Shown: positions 1 to 13,093 of the stretch, piece by piece
Layout of the letters: each line of letters begins with the position of its first letter
How positions within the stretch are numbered: position 1 is the first letter of the stretch
DNA from: Dimorphilus gyrociliatus
Lineage: Eukaryota > Animalia > Annelida
DNA: 64,000 nt
NCBI GenBank assembly: GCA_904063045.1
Contig: CAJFCJ010000009.1
Location: forward strand, 2,418,968-2,482,967
Reading direction: 5' to 3'
Made by a program: the position numbers and the translations under genes
Notes under the pieces: model-generated
Told to the model about the DNA's origin: nothing
Databases searched by the model: none
Seen by the model: only the letters and a program-made list of their open reading frames with translations

Positions 1-190
1 TGGATAGCTCCCTCTTTCTCTGAGAGCCAACTTAGTTGGTTCACAAAGACGCTTGACGCCTTCTGCTGCAAAATTTCTAGGTAATATACCCTTTACGAAA
101 CGTTGATTGGTTAATTCGGCACGTGTATGCAAATGTTCCAATTGCCGTTTTTTCTTTGTAACGGAATTTTTGCAGGTGCATTTTGGCACG

Positions 191-929
191 ATGCCTCGTT
201 CGTTTCTGATCGGTGCGACAAGGAGAAACCTGGAAATGGAATTTGAAAAACACTGTAAGTTGTTCCATTTTTAATATTACGAAAGATATAAGTCTATTAA
301 ATATAATTGGTCAATTTTAAGCTTAAATAAAAGTAGCTAATAATTTACTTAATTTCCATTCAGATAATTATACACAACCATTGGATTTAAGGAAAAAGCC
401 GCTTAAGAATGACAACTACGTTCCATGGAGATTTTGGGAAGATAGAGAAAACGTTCCAGTTCAGAAAAGTGAAATGAGTCCTCGAAAAGCTGCTTTAAAC
501 TTGAGCCTTTTAACGCATACTTCAAATCTTAATTGTTCAAGATGTAAAAAGAGTTTTTCTAGCGAAACGAATTTAAAGAAGCATTCATCAAAATGTTCAA
601 GGGAGGAGATTAATTGCAAATTCTGCGATAAAACCTACACTTCCATTGGCGCTTTAAAAATGCATATACGAACTCATACATTACCCTGCAAATGTTCCTT
701 TTGTGGCAAGGCGTTCTCACGACCGTGGCTTTTACAAGGTCATATTAGGACTCACACAGGAGAAAAACCATTCAGTTGTAACCAATGTTCAAGGGCATTT
801 GCCGATCGTTCCAATTTACGAGCGCATTTACAAACTCACGAATGCGTAAAGAAATACTCATGCCAAACCTGCTCAAAAAGTTTTTCCAGAATGTCTCTTT
901 TAACAAAACATAGAATAACTTGTATATAG
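191..929 (+). CDS. snail: Snail-family C2H2 zinc-finger repressor (2 coding exons: 191-254, 364-929)
   Basis: ATG at 191 gives the SNAG motif [13 protein letters not shown] intron at 255-363 joins it in frame to the 381-929 ORF. Five fingers including the Snail signature [24 protein letters not shown] and [20 protein letters not shown] is a CtBP-type motif. Probable 5'UTR intron at 81-175. Confidence 0.95.
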
Positions 930-1833
930 AAAGGGAAAAAAAGAACGTATCGAATAGAACAAAATATTTTAAAATGTTCTATTGACAAAAGAGGGCGCTA
1001 CTAAACAGAATGTTGAACGCTGATTTTTCTTGTGCTGAATATGATATAAGATTAATTTATCATTAAAGAATTTATGTAATGAATATGTTACTATTTGTCT
1101 ATTTTGTTGATTGTTTTTATTTTCCGAGTGTAATACTCTAGTCGTAAAGAGCCCTTATGAGTTTATCATATACTTTAGAAGTACGAGTGTTAAAATCTAG
1201 TCTGTTTGAGTGCGTATAAATACATTATAGGATTTAAAAAAAAACCTATGCCATTACTTTTCTCATATACTTAAATCGATAGCTTACCTTTCCCCCCTAT
1301 TTCTTCAAAGAAATGACAAAATAATTCAGTATATTGAACCGATAAATAGCAAGTGAAGCTTAGTTATTGTTTTTCTTATATTCTATTACTTGACGAATAT
1401 GGAAAGTATAAAAATAGCCTGTCGTCTCCTTATGCTCAAGAGATTGTTATATATTGTTCCATATTACATATATATATATATATTTCTTAAGAATTGGAAC
1501 ATGGTGTCTTGATTATTGGACACTTGGTAGTGAATATTGAAATCTTTTATCAACATCTGTATAAAAAAAAACATCACAAATCCATAAATCAAATCAGCTT
1601 TCTTTGTGAAAATGTATATTTTTTTGTATGGAATATTCTATTTTTTGTTTATTTCATTCTAAACTCCTCTTCAACCCTTTTGAGTATAAGGAATGTGAAG
1701 TAAAATAGGAAGACTTTTGAAGAACTGTTTGATGTCTGCTTTGGATTTTGAATAGATACATATGACATAAAAGAGAAATAGGAAATTGTGCAGACTACTT
1801 CTTGTTTGGTTAGGGGAAAATTTTTCTTCATAA

Positions 1834-1836
<3 letters not shown>

Positions 1837-1878
<42 letters not shown>

Positions 1879-1887
1879 TTTATATAT
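1837..1887. repeat. (TA)n microsatellite
   Basis: About 50 nt of near-perfect TA dinucleotide repeat. Confidence 0.95.
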
Positions 1888-1915
1888 CGGGTGACATAGG
1901 CTTGAATATAATCGA

Positions 1916-2423
1916 GTAAACAATTTCGAAGAGTTCTATTTACTTCAGACGAGTAAATCCGGTTAAAAATTGTTTACACCTTAGCTAAAAGGGGAAAGAA
2001 ATCGAGAGGGATAAACTATCAATTGAATAAACGCTATTGTTTACAATAGTAGATCAAGATATTTGTCCCTAGGGGATAAAATGCAAATAGTATCTTCTTT
2101 CCTAATAAATTTAAATAAAAGCCGCTAGTATTCATCCAGTGGGGTTGAGGACTCCGTGTCTAACCAGTCTTGTTATTTCTGAACTCGGATACCAACCACT
2201 CTAACTTCTTCACAAGACTGCGGCCATTTTGCAGACGTTTCCGTCCGTCTAGAACTACGAGGAAAACTGTCGGATGATGTTAAAGTATTTTACGACGTGT
2301 TTTTGCTAATTTATCAACCGTATTTGATCAAAAGAAGTAAGCATAGAGTTTTCCATTCATATTTATGTGCAAATTGTTAATGAGAACTTTGCGGGGAATA
2401 TATCTCGATTATCTGTTGTTTAC
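1916..2423. promoter_or_regulatory. Cluster of four perfect FoxO/DAF-16 binding elements upstream of Akt
   Basis: GTAAACAA at 1916-1923; TTGTTTAC at 1970-1977, 2037-2044 and 2416-2423. Confidence 0.55.
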
Positions 2424-2785
2424 TCTCATTCTTATCGACCACTGTCTTTCGTATTGACGGATGCTATACTTAAAACGATTAAAAGGCCCCCGTCTGATGA
2501 CTAGATCAATCAAGCAACTTTTTAGTTATGCACCAGTCTGCTTTCCATGTTTATGATATCAACATCGTCAGAGAGAGTATTCCAGCGGCGTTTCTTACCA
2601 ACGTGGGCGCCGCAAAGTATATCGTGTTGCTAAAGGTATCCTTGTAAGCCAATATGCTCAATAAAGGTAGTTTAGAGAGTTGATGAGAAGCCAAGTGTAC
2701 TGTAATAATTTGGTTGCCTTAGCAACTAATTACGTCGAGTAGATTTACTGTTTTTGATGTGTTGTTTTCTTCAGTTGACGGCGGC

Positions 2786-4599
2786 ATGACGTCGAACTTG
2801 GACAATCGCATAGTTAGAGAAGGTTGGCTTTGGAAAAGAGGTTGGATTTTTTAAATTAATTAATCAAATTATGCTTTATTACATTCCTTTTAATTTCTAG
2901 GGGAACATATAAAAAATTGGAGGAAGAGGTATTTTATTTTACGTTCTGATGGAACTTTTCTTGGCTACAAGTCAAGACCGGATCCTTTGACAATAAGAGA
3001 GCCTCTAAATAACTTTACAGTCATCAGTTCGTGTTTTCTGACTGAGTTGTTTAATTTTGATGCATTTCTATTATCTTGTGTTGATTTCCAGATTGCCAAG
3101 TTATGCCTCAAGAAAAAGTGCGTGCAAACGCCTTTTGCATTAGAGGTTTGCAATTAACCGTTATTGTAGAACGTTTGTTTGCCGTTGACACATCGACTGA
3201 AAAGGATGACTGGATTGAAGATATACGTAAAGTATCTGAAAGCTTGAAAGATAAAATGGAAGTCGATGAACCGAGAATGACCCGAAAGATTGGATTGGAA
3301 GATTTTGAGTTTTTAAAAGTTCTTGGTAAAGGAACATTTGGAAAAGTTATATTATGCAGACAAAGAGATTCTAATCAATTTTACGCTATCAAGATTTTGA
3401 AGAAGAGTGTCATTATTAAGAAAGATGAAGTAACACACACTCTAACAGAGAATCGTGTCTTACAGAGATCAAATCACCCGTTTTTGACGGTAAGCAGAGA
3501 AAACTACATTATATACTCCTCCGTTAAAAGCACGCCTCAAGTTGTTTTTTTCATTCCGGGTGCATTTCTCTTTAAGAAAAGACGCTTTATTTTCAATGTA
3601 CTAGCATTGGGTTAATGCTCATTAAATGCTTGTTTTCCCTGTTATAACAAAAGAAATTGCCATATTAATGAGATAGGAAGTAGCTTTTTTTAGACTGTCG
3701 TAACAAGTATAATTGATCCATCCAAAATGTCTAATTTCCTATTTTTTCTGTTTCAATTTTGACAGCAATTGAAATATTCATTTCAAACCCAAGATCGTCT
3801 TTGCTTTGTCATGGAATATGTTAACGGTGGGGAATTATTTTTCCATTTGTCCAAGGACCGGTATTTTGACGTTGACCGAACACGATTCTATGGCGCGGAA
3901 ATCATTTCAGCGTTAGAATACCTGCATAAAAATGATATAATATACAGGGATTTAAAACTGGAAAATTTACTCCTGGACAAAGACGGTCATATTAAAATAG
4001 CCGATTTTGGTTTATGCAAGGAAGAAATGAACTATGGTGCCTCCACTAAAACGTTTTGTGGGACTCCCGAATATTTAGCACCCGAAGTTTTAGAGGACAA
4101 TGATTACGGTCGAGCTGTCGACTGGTGGGGAACTGGAGTAGTTATGTATGAAATGATGTGTGGGCGTCTGCCGTTCTATAATCGCGATCATGAAGTACTT
4201 TTCGAACTGATTCTGTTGGAAGATATCTGCTTTCCTCGAAACATGAATGAGGACGCAAAGTCTTTATTGTCTGGCCTCCTTGTGAAAAACCCTTCTAAGC
4301 GTCTGGGTGGAGGCGAAAGTGATGCTGAGGAAGTTAAGCATCATAAATTTTTTGATGGCCTTAATTGGGATGATCTTGTTGCAAAGAATATTAAGCCTCC
4401 ATTTAAGCCGGAGGTAGATTCTGATACTGATACACGATATTTTGATCAGCAATTTACTGAGGGAGAAAGTGTTGAGTTAACTCCACCTTCATCTCACCAC
4501 GACTTGAATGCAATAGCTGAGGAATCGGATATTCCATACTTTGAATCGTTCAGCTTTCACGGAAGCCGCGGAAGTTTAAATCCTGATCGATGCTTTTAA
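2786..4599 (+). CDS. AKT: RAC/Akt (PKB) serine/threonine kinase; exons 2786-2840, 2901-3026, 3092-3489, 3766-4599
   Basis: PH domain [20 protein letters not shown]. Kinase motifs [19 protein letters not shown], and activation loop [13 protein letters not shown]. Turn motif ELTPP and hydrophobic motif FESFSF. All introns are GT-AG and phase-consistent. Confidence 0.97.
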
Positions 4600-5158
4600 A
4601 GTTACTACTGTACATAAAGATACGACTACTAACTTTTTATAATGCCATAAATGTTTAACTCTTGTAAGTGTGCACATTTTAAACTTTGTGCATATTTTCA
4701 ATAATTTTAAGACGCACACATAAATTTACTTTATCGTGAATCTTTGTGAACGTTTTCAGTTCTCATTTAGCTTTCTTTAATCACTTCGTGCCATTTTGTC
4801 TGTCTTTAGATTTAGTCAGGTTGAGAAGCGCGATTACTCTATATTTACTTATGCATTTTCATTATCGAATAACCTACTGTTTCAGTGTAAATGAATATCA
4901 TAATCTAAAATTAAGAGATGCTTGATTGTTAAAATTGTACATTGTTCATTTTTCTTTAAATTTTAGCGATTAATTGGCTTTAAGAATTAGATCAAAATGT
5001 CTTTTTTTCAGCCAATTGCTCACGTTTTATGCTTAGAAAGCTTTCTTGCAAAAATGTACACGCATCTGTAATTAGCAAGCATTTTCAACTTCATAGAAAA
5101 AGGGGAATTTGAATAGAAACTTTTAGATTCGAATTTTTTTATGATAATACGATGATAA

Positions 5159-5343
5159 TTATATTAATTCATGAAACGGACAAAAAAAGTCTGGTTTTAT
5201 GTAAAAGAGAGGAGCGGGTAGGGGCGGTGGTGGGTTATACGGTTCAATGTTCGGTGAAACACCAGGGGAGACAAAGTCATTGACCCTTCGATTGGTATAT
5301 ACAATATGACAATAACAAACATTGTAAACAATTTGAGAGCAAG
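5159..5343 (-). CDS. Candidate terminal coding exon of an unresolved gene (proline-rich, ...NPPPPLPAPLFYIKPDFFCPFHELI*)
   Basis: AG acceptor at 5345-5344, an open frame of about 60 codons with a GC-rich poly-Pro run unusual for this AT-rich background, and TAA at 5161-5159. Upstream exons could not be resolved. Confidence 0.3.
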
Positions 5344-5870
5344 CTATATTTTAAAAAGTAAGTTTACACCTGCAATCTTTATTAAAAACGTGAACATGCA
5401 AAGTGCTAATTGGATGGATGATGACAAATACAATGACCACTATCAGTGTTTCTGAGGGGCAATTATCGATTACTGCGCAAACAAAAAGCATAATATTAGC
5501 TTAGTAAATCTAGACGTTGGAAAGGGGAAAGATAAGATAAGACTTAAGGATATTTTGTTTATTATTCTCAAGTAAGCTTTTTCCGATACACAACAATAGA
5601 AAATGAACGATAACAAATCGGTCAATGAACCTGGAAGGAGCGTAGTTATTTACAATACGGAATTTATTTTTAATTAGTCGATGTATTCTGCAAGTTTATC
5701 AGTTTGAAAGGTGAGAGGTCGATAATCTTATTGTGCCTGATAGAGTTCTTTTCCGCGCGTTAAAACCGTTTATTATTCGTTCGTTAGAGATATTTAGTCC
5801 CTTCAACAGACAGCTCTTTGATCTTTTATTACCTATAGGCACATCTGTAACTTTTTCACATTTAACTATT

Positions 5871-8800
5871 CTATTCAATATATTCTGTCACTATATCCTT
5901 TTCAACTCCTTCCATCAAAGGCTTTTCCATTGCTCTAACAACCGCGCAACAATCGCTTTTTTTCTTTAACCTAGAATTCTTTCTCAATTCTATATTAACA
6001 AATTCTTTACTATCCCTTTTGCTGTGTGATGCATCTTGATTTTTCGTAATTGTAAGTCTACTCTCCGAATGTATATTCGTGTCTGTTTCAAATTTTCCTA
6101 TATTTACTATGTTATCTCTTTCAGTGACCTCGCATATTTCTTTCTTAACCTCTTTTCCTATCGACTTCAAGTTGGTATTTATCTAGAACATGTTTAATTC
6201 GTACCCTCTCAATTATTTTTTGCTATGAAAATTAAATCATTTAATCGGTACCTGGACAATTCTATTTATATCATTAGGCAATGCTATACTAGAGGTGAAG
6301 GCCAGTGTTTTTTTGTTATATTTCATTACCTTGATAGTTGATTGCTCATTCGATGGAAATTGTTTAGCCAACTCTACTAATTGAATTAGAGGCTTTTCGA
6401 AATTGAGGGAATAATTGGGATTCTCTCTTGTCATTATCTTCTTAGATGATTTCTCCTTTTCATTTTTTATTTCCTTTGTGTCTTCCTCCTCCCCACTTTC
6501 CTCTATCTCAATCTTTTCTCCCTCTTTATAATTATTGTCCCTATTCACATTATCTTCAATTTGAATGGAAGAGGAGCGGTTTTCCCAGGCGTTTAATTGT
6601 ACGTAATTATGATTACTATTCTGATTATACGATTCGTCGGCAAATTTAAGAGTTTTGTTCCTTAATCCCCTGGAATTTAAAAGTATAGAAGGTTATATTA
6701 ATCATATCTAATAAGAGGTACCTTTTCCTCGCTTCCTTTATGTGTATATTAAATTGGGTAGGGGAAGAAGATCTATTGCGTCTTAACCGAATTTTCGACG
6801 GTTCTCGCTCCTCTTCGTATCTAGAATCAAAGCTTGTTGCAGGCGTTGAACTATCGTTAATGGGAACTATTTTCGGTGAATAGGTTATAAAATCTCTTTC
6901 TCTATAGGAGTAAACATTTTGATTATCTTTAATAAAACTCTCAACGCTCTCTTCTTGGGATAATTTAGATATTCTATATCTTTCGCGATTGGGTATATTT
7001 CCAATTCTTTTATCCTTAGACCTACTATCAACACGAATATTTAATTTTGGAATTTTCTTTTTATCTGTCCTTGACACTGATCGTCTTGTATGGTTTCTAT
7101 TAGTAATACAATCATTAAGTCCTCTCGTCGATGAGATATAGATTTTATCCTTTTGTCGAGACATCGGAGATCTACGACGCGGCCTATAATGATCGATTTT
7201 CATTTGTAACCTACTGTCTACTTTTCGGACTTCCTTTTCAGAATACACATTAGGCTTATAATAGGACTTATTTCCATTATGTAATGCGACACCGCTGTTT
7301 ACGTTGTTTACTGAAGCAAGTTTGTTATCGGTAAACCGAGGGATGTCAGAATGGCGACGTCTGCCTTGATAGTCATTAACATGAACGTGTACTTGAACAG
7401 GCGATAAACCTCTATTAGGATACAATTTACTATTACAAAACCCGCGGCCATCTCTATCTTTAATTCTCCTGCTAGACTCCGTTCTAGTTAAGAGACGCCC
7501 ATCTTGATAATCCATAATATGTTTAAAGTTAACATCCTCAAGCGTATTATTTTCGCAATAATGATTATTTTGATATTCTGTAAAATCATCTCTACAAATA
7601 GAATGCTGATTTGGTTGATTTTCGCAACAAGCGTCATTACAACGAACTTCATTAGGCCTACACTGTTTATCTTGATGGCAATTCAAAGCGAACAAAGCCT
7701 TCTCCAACCTTCTCTTTTCTGAATCAACATCATTCCGAAAGGACGCTGTAGCCCTAAAGCATTTTTTGGGCGACTGATAAGAGTTCAAACAATACGTTTC
7801 TTTTCTACATCTATTCAACTTTTTCTCGACGCTGACCTTCCTTTTGGCAACAAGTCCTTTAATATCTTCTAGATTTTCCAATTTCTTCATGATATTTCTC
7901 ATACAATAATCATAGTTCTCTTCTAATTCTGTTGCAGAATAATCTTCGTACATTGAGTTTTCTGCTTCATTAAGTTTACACCTTTCCTTCAATTGTCTTG
8001 ATTTCGATCTACTTCTCGATTGTTTTCTAATTTCCTTTTGAATACCTTTGATAATATCTTGAATATCTTTCTCTTCGTATCTCACCTTCGGTCTATCAAC
8101 AATTTCATCTGTTAACTCCAATTGACACTTTGAAAGCGATTGATTAGGATGAATTGTATGCTGGATGTTATGGGAAGATATTTGACCCATTAGGGATGTT
8201 CTTCTTAGTGAACTTGTTAATTCGGTAAGACAAGGACGATCACCTTCCCTCGTAATATGTCTGGATGTGGTTTCGTTGTTCATATGAGAATCTCTCGTAG
8301 GGTCAATACAATGACCTCTAGACATATTTGAGATGATTTGATTAACCTCTTCACAGATGTTATGAACTGTAGCCATTCCCGGTAAATAGGAGGTTGATTG
8401 GTAATTAATCCCCTGATTTGATTGTCTTGGATAGGTGGTTATATCGTTATTCATTAGTAAACTTATAGGCTTTTCAGGAACTTGACCAATTTGAGCTGAT
8501 GGGATTTGTGATTGACTAAAGTAGACCTGATTTTGAGGTCGAATCGTTCTATCAATTGTATCCATGGATAAGCCTGAAGATTTTTTAAGATTTGATGTAA
8601 TTGGTATGGTAACATCATCTCCCTTTGAAATAAGAGTAGGATCATCAGTAGACATCGAAGTAGCATCAATAGCAACACTTTTACTTTCTTTTCGTCTATT
8701 TTTATCACTCTTACTTTTTTTTTTATCTTTCTTTTCGTCTTTTTTACTCTTTAGCCTCCTTTTCTCATTCTTTTCCTTCTTTTTGCTTTTACTCTTAGAT

Positions 8801-11800
8801 TTATCACCATCTTTCTCGCTTTTCTTCTTGTTATTGTTAGTATCTAACTCAAAACAGCTCTGAATGGAGTTGGCCTTCTCCCCATCACAATCTCGAAAGG
8901 AGAGTCTATTGTCAGAATTTAAAAGAATATATTCTGAATTTATTATTTTTGCTGGTCTAAATTCCTGCTGTTTGTCTGAATCTTCCTTAGACAAACTCTT
9001 AACTGATTTTTCCCGACTAGATCTAGTTTTAGGATAATAGTCTACATCTTGTAGCCTCTTTAAAATGGAATTGGAGCATGTATGATTATCGTCAACAAGA
9101 TACGATTTATCTAGGTTTTTTTCTTGCTTATGCCATTTTTTCCTAACAAGAATAGCCGCCCTCTTATCATTCTTTAAATTAATTTCGTGAAGAATTTCAT
9201 GATTTGGCAAATGTATATTTATACTATGATTGTCGGAATCTTCTACATCAGAATTCGAGCCCTTTTCCAATTGGAACTCGTGATTAGGACGAGAAGCCTT
9301 CTTTAATTTCAATTGGCTATCATTTAAAAGGTCAACTTTAATATGATGACGTCTAAGGAGATTATCAATACCTGGAAGATTTACGTAATTTTTATCGTCG
9401 ATTACTACCTATATAAAGTCATGCGATTCAGAATAATAACAACCGTTAACTATGAGGATAGTAGCAAAGAAAACGAATCAGTCTTTTTGCTAATTAAATG
9501 AAGCTTAACAGTCTGTTTTAATTAATAACTCATTAAGTTTGTTTATTAATTCTGAATCACTTTCCGACGATGTCATGTTCGTTTTATCCCTATAAGCATC
9601 CTTTTTTTTTAAGGTATGAATAATTGTCCGTAACGGTAGGAGTATTTTAGATTTGTTTGCCTCATTAACAACCGTTTCTCCTAAGCTGACTTGAGGCGGT
9701 ATATGTTGATCTTTTAAGGTTTCAACTTTCGACTGACAACACGACCTTGATCCTTCAGGTAATCGATTTCGAAAAACGGACGAGATACGATCTAAGAACT
9801 TCTCCCTCCAACCCTTATTAGCATTACTTTCATCTTTAACTCTTGGTTCTCTTTTAGGTTTTTTCTTAGAATCGGGATTATTATTAGATAAATTTTTTAT
9901 AGTTGTTTGTAAATCTGTTTGTAAAATGAAAGAAAATGATTCATTCTACGCTAATTTGATGATAAGAGAAACATTTACCTGATAAATTTTGATCTTTTAC
10001 TAAGTTCTGCTTTGATTTATCTTTCGAACGGACAGCATTCGTATTTAAATTCTTTGACAAACGCCTACGCCTCTTTGAGTTAGAGTGATATTTAGGATTA
10101 ACTGCTTCCCTACCGAACTTATCTAACTTTACAGTTGAATTACGTTTATTACGATATTGTCTATCCGCATAATGATCAGATTCGGGATAGGAATATATAC
10201 TTTCCTTCCTATTTCTATTTATCGGTGATAATACATCTTCCTTATAAAAGTAACGTCCATTAATCTTGTAATAATGATGGTTGACTTCATCTCCTTTATT
10301 TTCTCCTAAGTTATATTGTTTCCATTTATCACAATTATCTACGAGACCTTGCCGTGTAAGATTTCTTTTATAAAATCTAATCTTTAAAGGTAAATCTAAT
10401 GAGTTTGGATCAGATAATATTGTATTTGTCGACACGTTAGAAAGCGTTGACAAAGTTGACGCCAAATTATATGAATTCGTAGCGTTACTTATAGATAATA
10501 TTCTATTATCTTTAGTTTTTCTTCTACTTTCAATTGGTAATGTTAAATTTAACCTTTCGGCGCATATTAATTTCGCTATAACTGTTAAACATTCATCTTC
10601 GACTAATTTATTTAGACGCTTCGTATAGAATTGTTCCATCAGACTAGTATTGTACGTATAACCACTAGATGGCGTTAATTGAAATTTATCTGATGTTTCA
10701 GCAGTTGTAGAACAATAGGAAATCGTCTTTTTATATTTATTATTCGCTAGCATATAGCATGATGAAGATTTTTGTAGTTTCTTAATGGGATAATCTCCTC
10801 TTTTTGGGTAATTAGTTGAACATTCATAAGATTTTGTGTATCTCAATTGCAGCGAAGAATTAGATATTCTTTCGCCCAGCCAATCATCTCTAAGGAATGG
10901 TTCAAGATATTTTGAGTTTTTATTGACCTTTAAATTAATTATACGAGAGCTTTTCTTCCGCCCCAAGTTCCTTGGGGAAGAGTTGATCTCCTTCATACTT
11001 TTTAGATGAAACGTTCTCCTATGACCAACATTACTTTTCTTATTAAAAGATTCTGTTGTTGAGCAGCTTGTTGAAATAACTTGAAAGTTTGGTGTTTGTT
11101 GAGTTTTTCGAAATTCAACAGATTTCAGCCTATTTGAGTTTTCTGTATGAAAATCAAAGTTTTTTACATCATCTTGTGAACTTTGAAAAATATCTGATAA
11201 TGATTTATCATTTTTCCTCTTTCCTCTTTTTTCATTTTCTTCCCTTTCCTCTTCTGATGTCTGGTGATTTTTCTTGCTCTTCTTTTTGTCTTCTTTTTCT
11301 GTAGGCATTTCTTTAAATTGTGAATGAAAGTGTGACGAAACTAACGCGTACCTTTTTCCTTCATTTCCTGAATTTGATCATATTCTTCCTTCTCTTTTTT
11401 ATCATCTTTACATTTCTTTATTTGGGTTTTCTTTACCCTTTGTTCTTTCTTATTCTTACTCCTCTTCTTTTTCCTCTTCTTCTTCCGTTTAAAGGTAGCA
11501 TTTTTTATTTTTTGTAAGATTCTCTCAGCTCTTCTGACTGGCCTTATTTTCTTAGAATGCTTTTCTTTCTTATTCTTCCGTTTCCGCTGCTTTCCCATTG
11601 AGCTGAAGGATGTTGACTTTTTGGAGTCGTCAGTATCAAATGAGCCGGTTTCATTCGTTCCTAAATTCCTATACCTTTTACTACCAATTGAACATTTATT
11701 ATACTTTTTATGAGCTGAATAGGATCCACCTATGAAAGTTTTCGATATTTGATCCTTTCCATCTGTTGGATTTCCAGTACAACTTCCAGTTGCTCTCTTA

Positions 11801-12801
11801 GCACCCTGATAAAGCCATTTGATAACTCGTATCGTATTTGGACAATTTGGAGATAAGTCATCTCTGTTCTCTAACGATCTCACTTCTCCTTCAACAGGAT
11901 TTAGACGGTTAGTAGATGTCACATTCGTACTAGTTTTAGGAGGTTGATAAATTCCTTGAACCGCTGAATTTTTATTAAAATTCCGGGAATTAACGTAATT
12001 AGAAGAAACTTCTGGAGTACTACTCCTAGTGAGAAATATCCATTTGAATTAATAAATAATGATAATTTAACATATATACAACCTCCGTCTATTGATCGTT
12101 TGTGGATGGTATTTCCTGTTCTTCGATATATCATTTTGACTGTTATAATCGTACCTAATTCGTTTTATAGGCGGTTCGTAATCTTTACTTAGTAAATTAT
12201 TTTCCTCAAAAGATGGAATATCTTTAATACCTGTCAGACTATCATCCTTTTTTTTACACCTACAGTTATAAATTAGATTATTCCAAGGTCGAATACGGCG
12301 ATGCTTTCTATTGGTTTGTAATGTTTTATTTCTAGTTAATTTAGTCCGTACTTTATTACCATAATCGACATAATTAGGAGAACTCGTTAATAAGTGAAAA
12401 TTTTTTGATTTATCTTGTAAATCAATATTATTTCTATTGAAATATTCGTTAATTAAACTACGAATCTCCCCTCTATAATTACTTGAACAATTATCCATTA
12501 ATGTAGATCTATTACTATTCTCCTTAATTTTCTTCTCGAGTACACTGTCTAAAATAGTTTTTAATGCTTTAGGATTAAGACTTGTTTTATGGTTAGGCCT
12601 ATAATTGTTATTTTTATTCCCTAAACTTCCATCTTCACCATACAAAGAACTTTTATTGAAAAAGCAGTTTTCAAGTCTACCATTACGATATTCAATAATC
12701 AATCGTTCGTAATCCGATGGTATTGCATCTCTATCTTTAATCTTTAAGACTATTTTTGGTACTTGTTTATCATTTTTCAGCATTGTTTTTTTTTTATACA
12801 T
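5871..12801 (-). CDS. Probable single giant (~2,200 aa) Lys/Arg/Ser/Asn-rich low-complexity protein with no recognised domain
   Basis: Six track ORFs plus one off-track exon chain via phase-compatible GT-AG introns: 12082-12026, 11351-11299, 9978-9915, 9509-9405 (least certain), 6721-6670 and 6251-6183. The 888-aa ORF has no in-frame ATG for about 200 codons, so it needs an upstream exon. The C-terminus is uncertain (5871, about 5699, or further). Confidence 0.6.
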
Positions 12802-12852
12802 ATATGATTTTTTGGTGTTATCTCTCAATCTCTTTTTTTTTATAATAAATTA

Positions 12853-12860
12853 TGACGTCA
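12853..12860. promoter_or_regulatory. Perfect CRE palindrome TGACGTCA about 50 bp upstream of the giant orphan ATG
   Basis: Exact 8-bp CREB/ATF consensus in the roughly 290-bp gap between the DDX42 stop and the orphan start. Confidence 0.4.
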
Positions 12861-13093
12861 CAAACATAATGAAAATATTTTTAAATGTAAATACAGTATA
12901 TAAGTCATAAATATTCTTATATTATTGTTGTTTATGATATAGAAAAACACTATAAGTATAAAAAATAAGAGGAGAGGTTCCATAATTAATAATAATGCAG
13001 CAATGAAAATTGAATAACTAACTGTTCAAAAAAAAGAATATACAAATATGGAGAAACATCTACAAAGTTTTTCTCTTAGTTAATGAAAATAGT

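Noticed and set aside
77-1831. Short track ORFs 77-268 (-), 1494-1703 (+), 1649-1831 (-) and similar 60-90 aa ORFs elsewhere
   Set aside because: They have no recognisable motifs, often use non-ATG starts, and lie in UTR or intergenic AT-rich sequence or overlap real exons in another frame.
5396-5575. Plus-strand frame with an in-frame TGA (…YQCF*GAIIDY…) suggesting a selenoprotein
   Set aside because: No similarity to any selenoprotein family I know, no SECIS-like element found downstream, and the flanking frames are short enough to occur by chance.
7504-11517. Plus-strand ORFs rich in F/L/S (7504-7722, 8564-8863, 11089-11304, 11320-11517) that look like membrane proteins
   Set aside because: They are antisense shadows of Lys/Glu-rich (AAA/GAA) codons in the minus-strand giant gene. 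The same applies to 18684-18944, 37237-37443, 45976-46230 and 49517-49738.
6646-12828. Long ORFs as possible retrotransposon or viral polyproteins
   Set aside because: No RT, integrase, protease, CCHC knuckle or transposase motifs, no LTRs or TIRs, and the ORFs are interrupted by ordinary spliceosomal introns.
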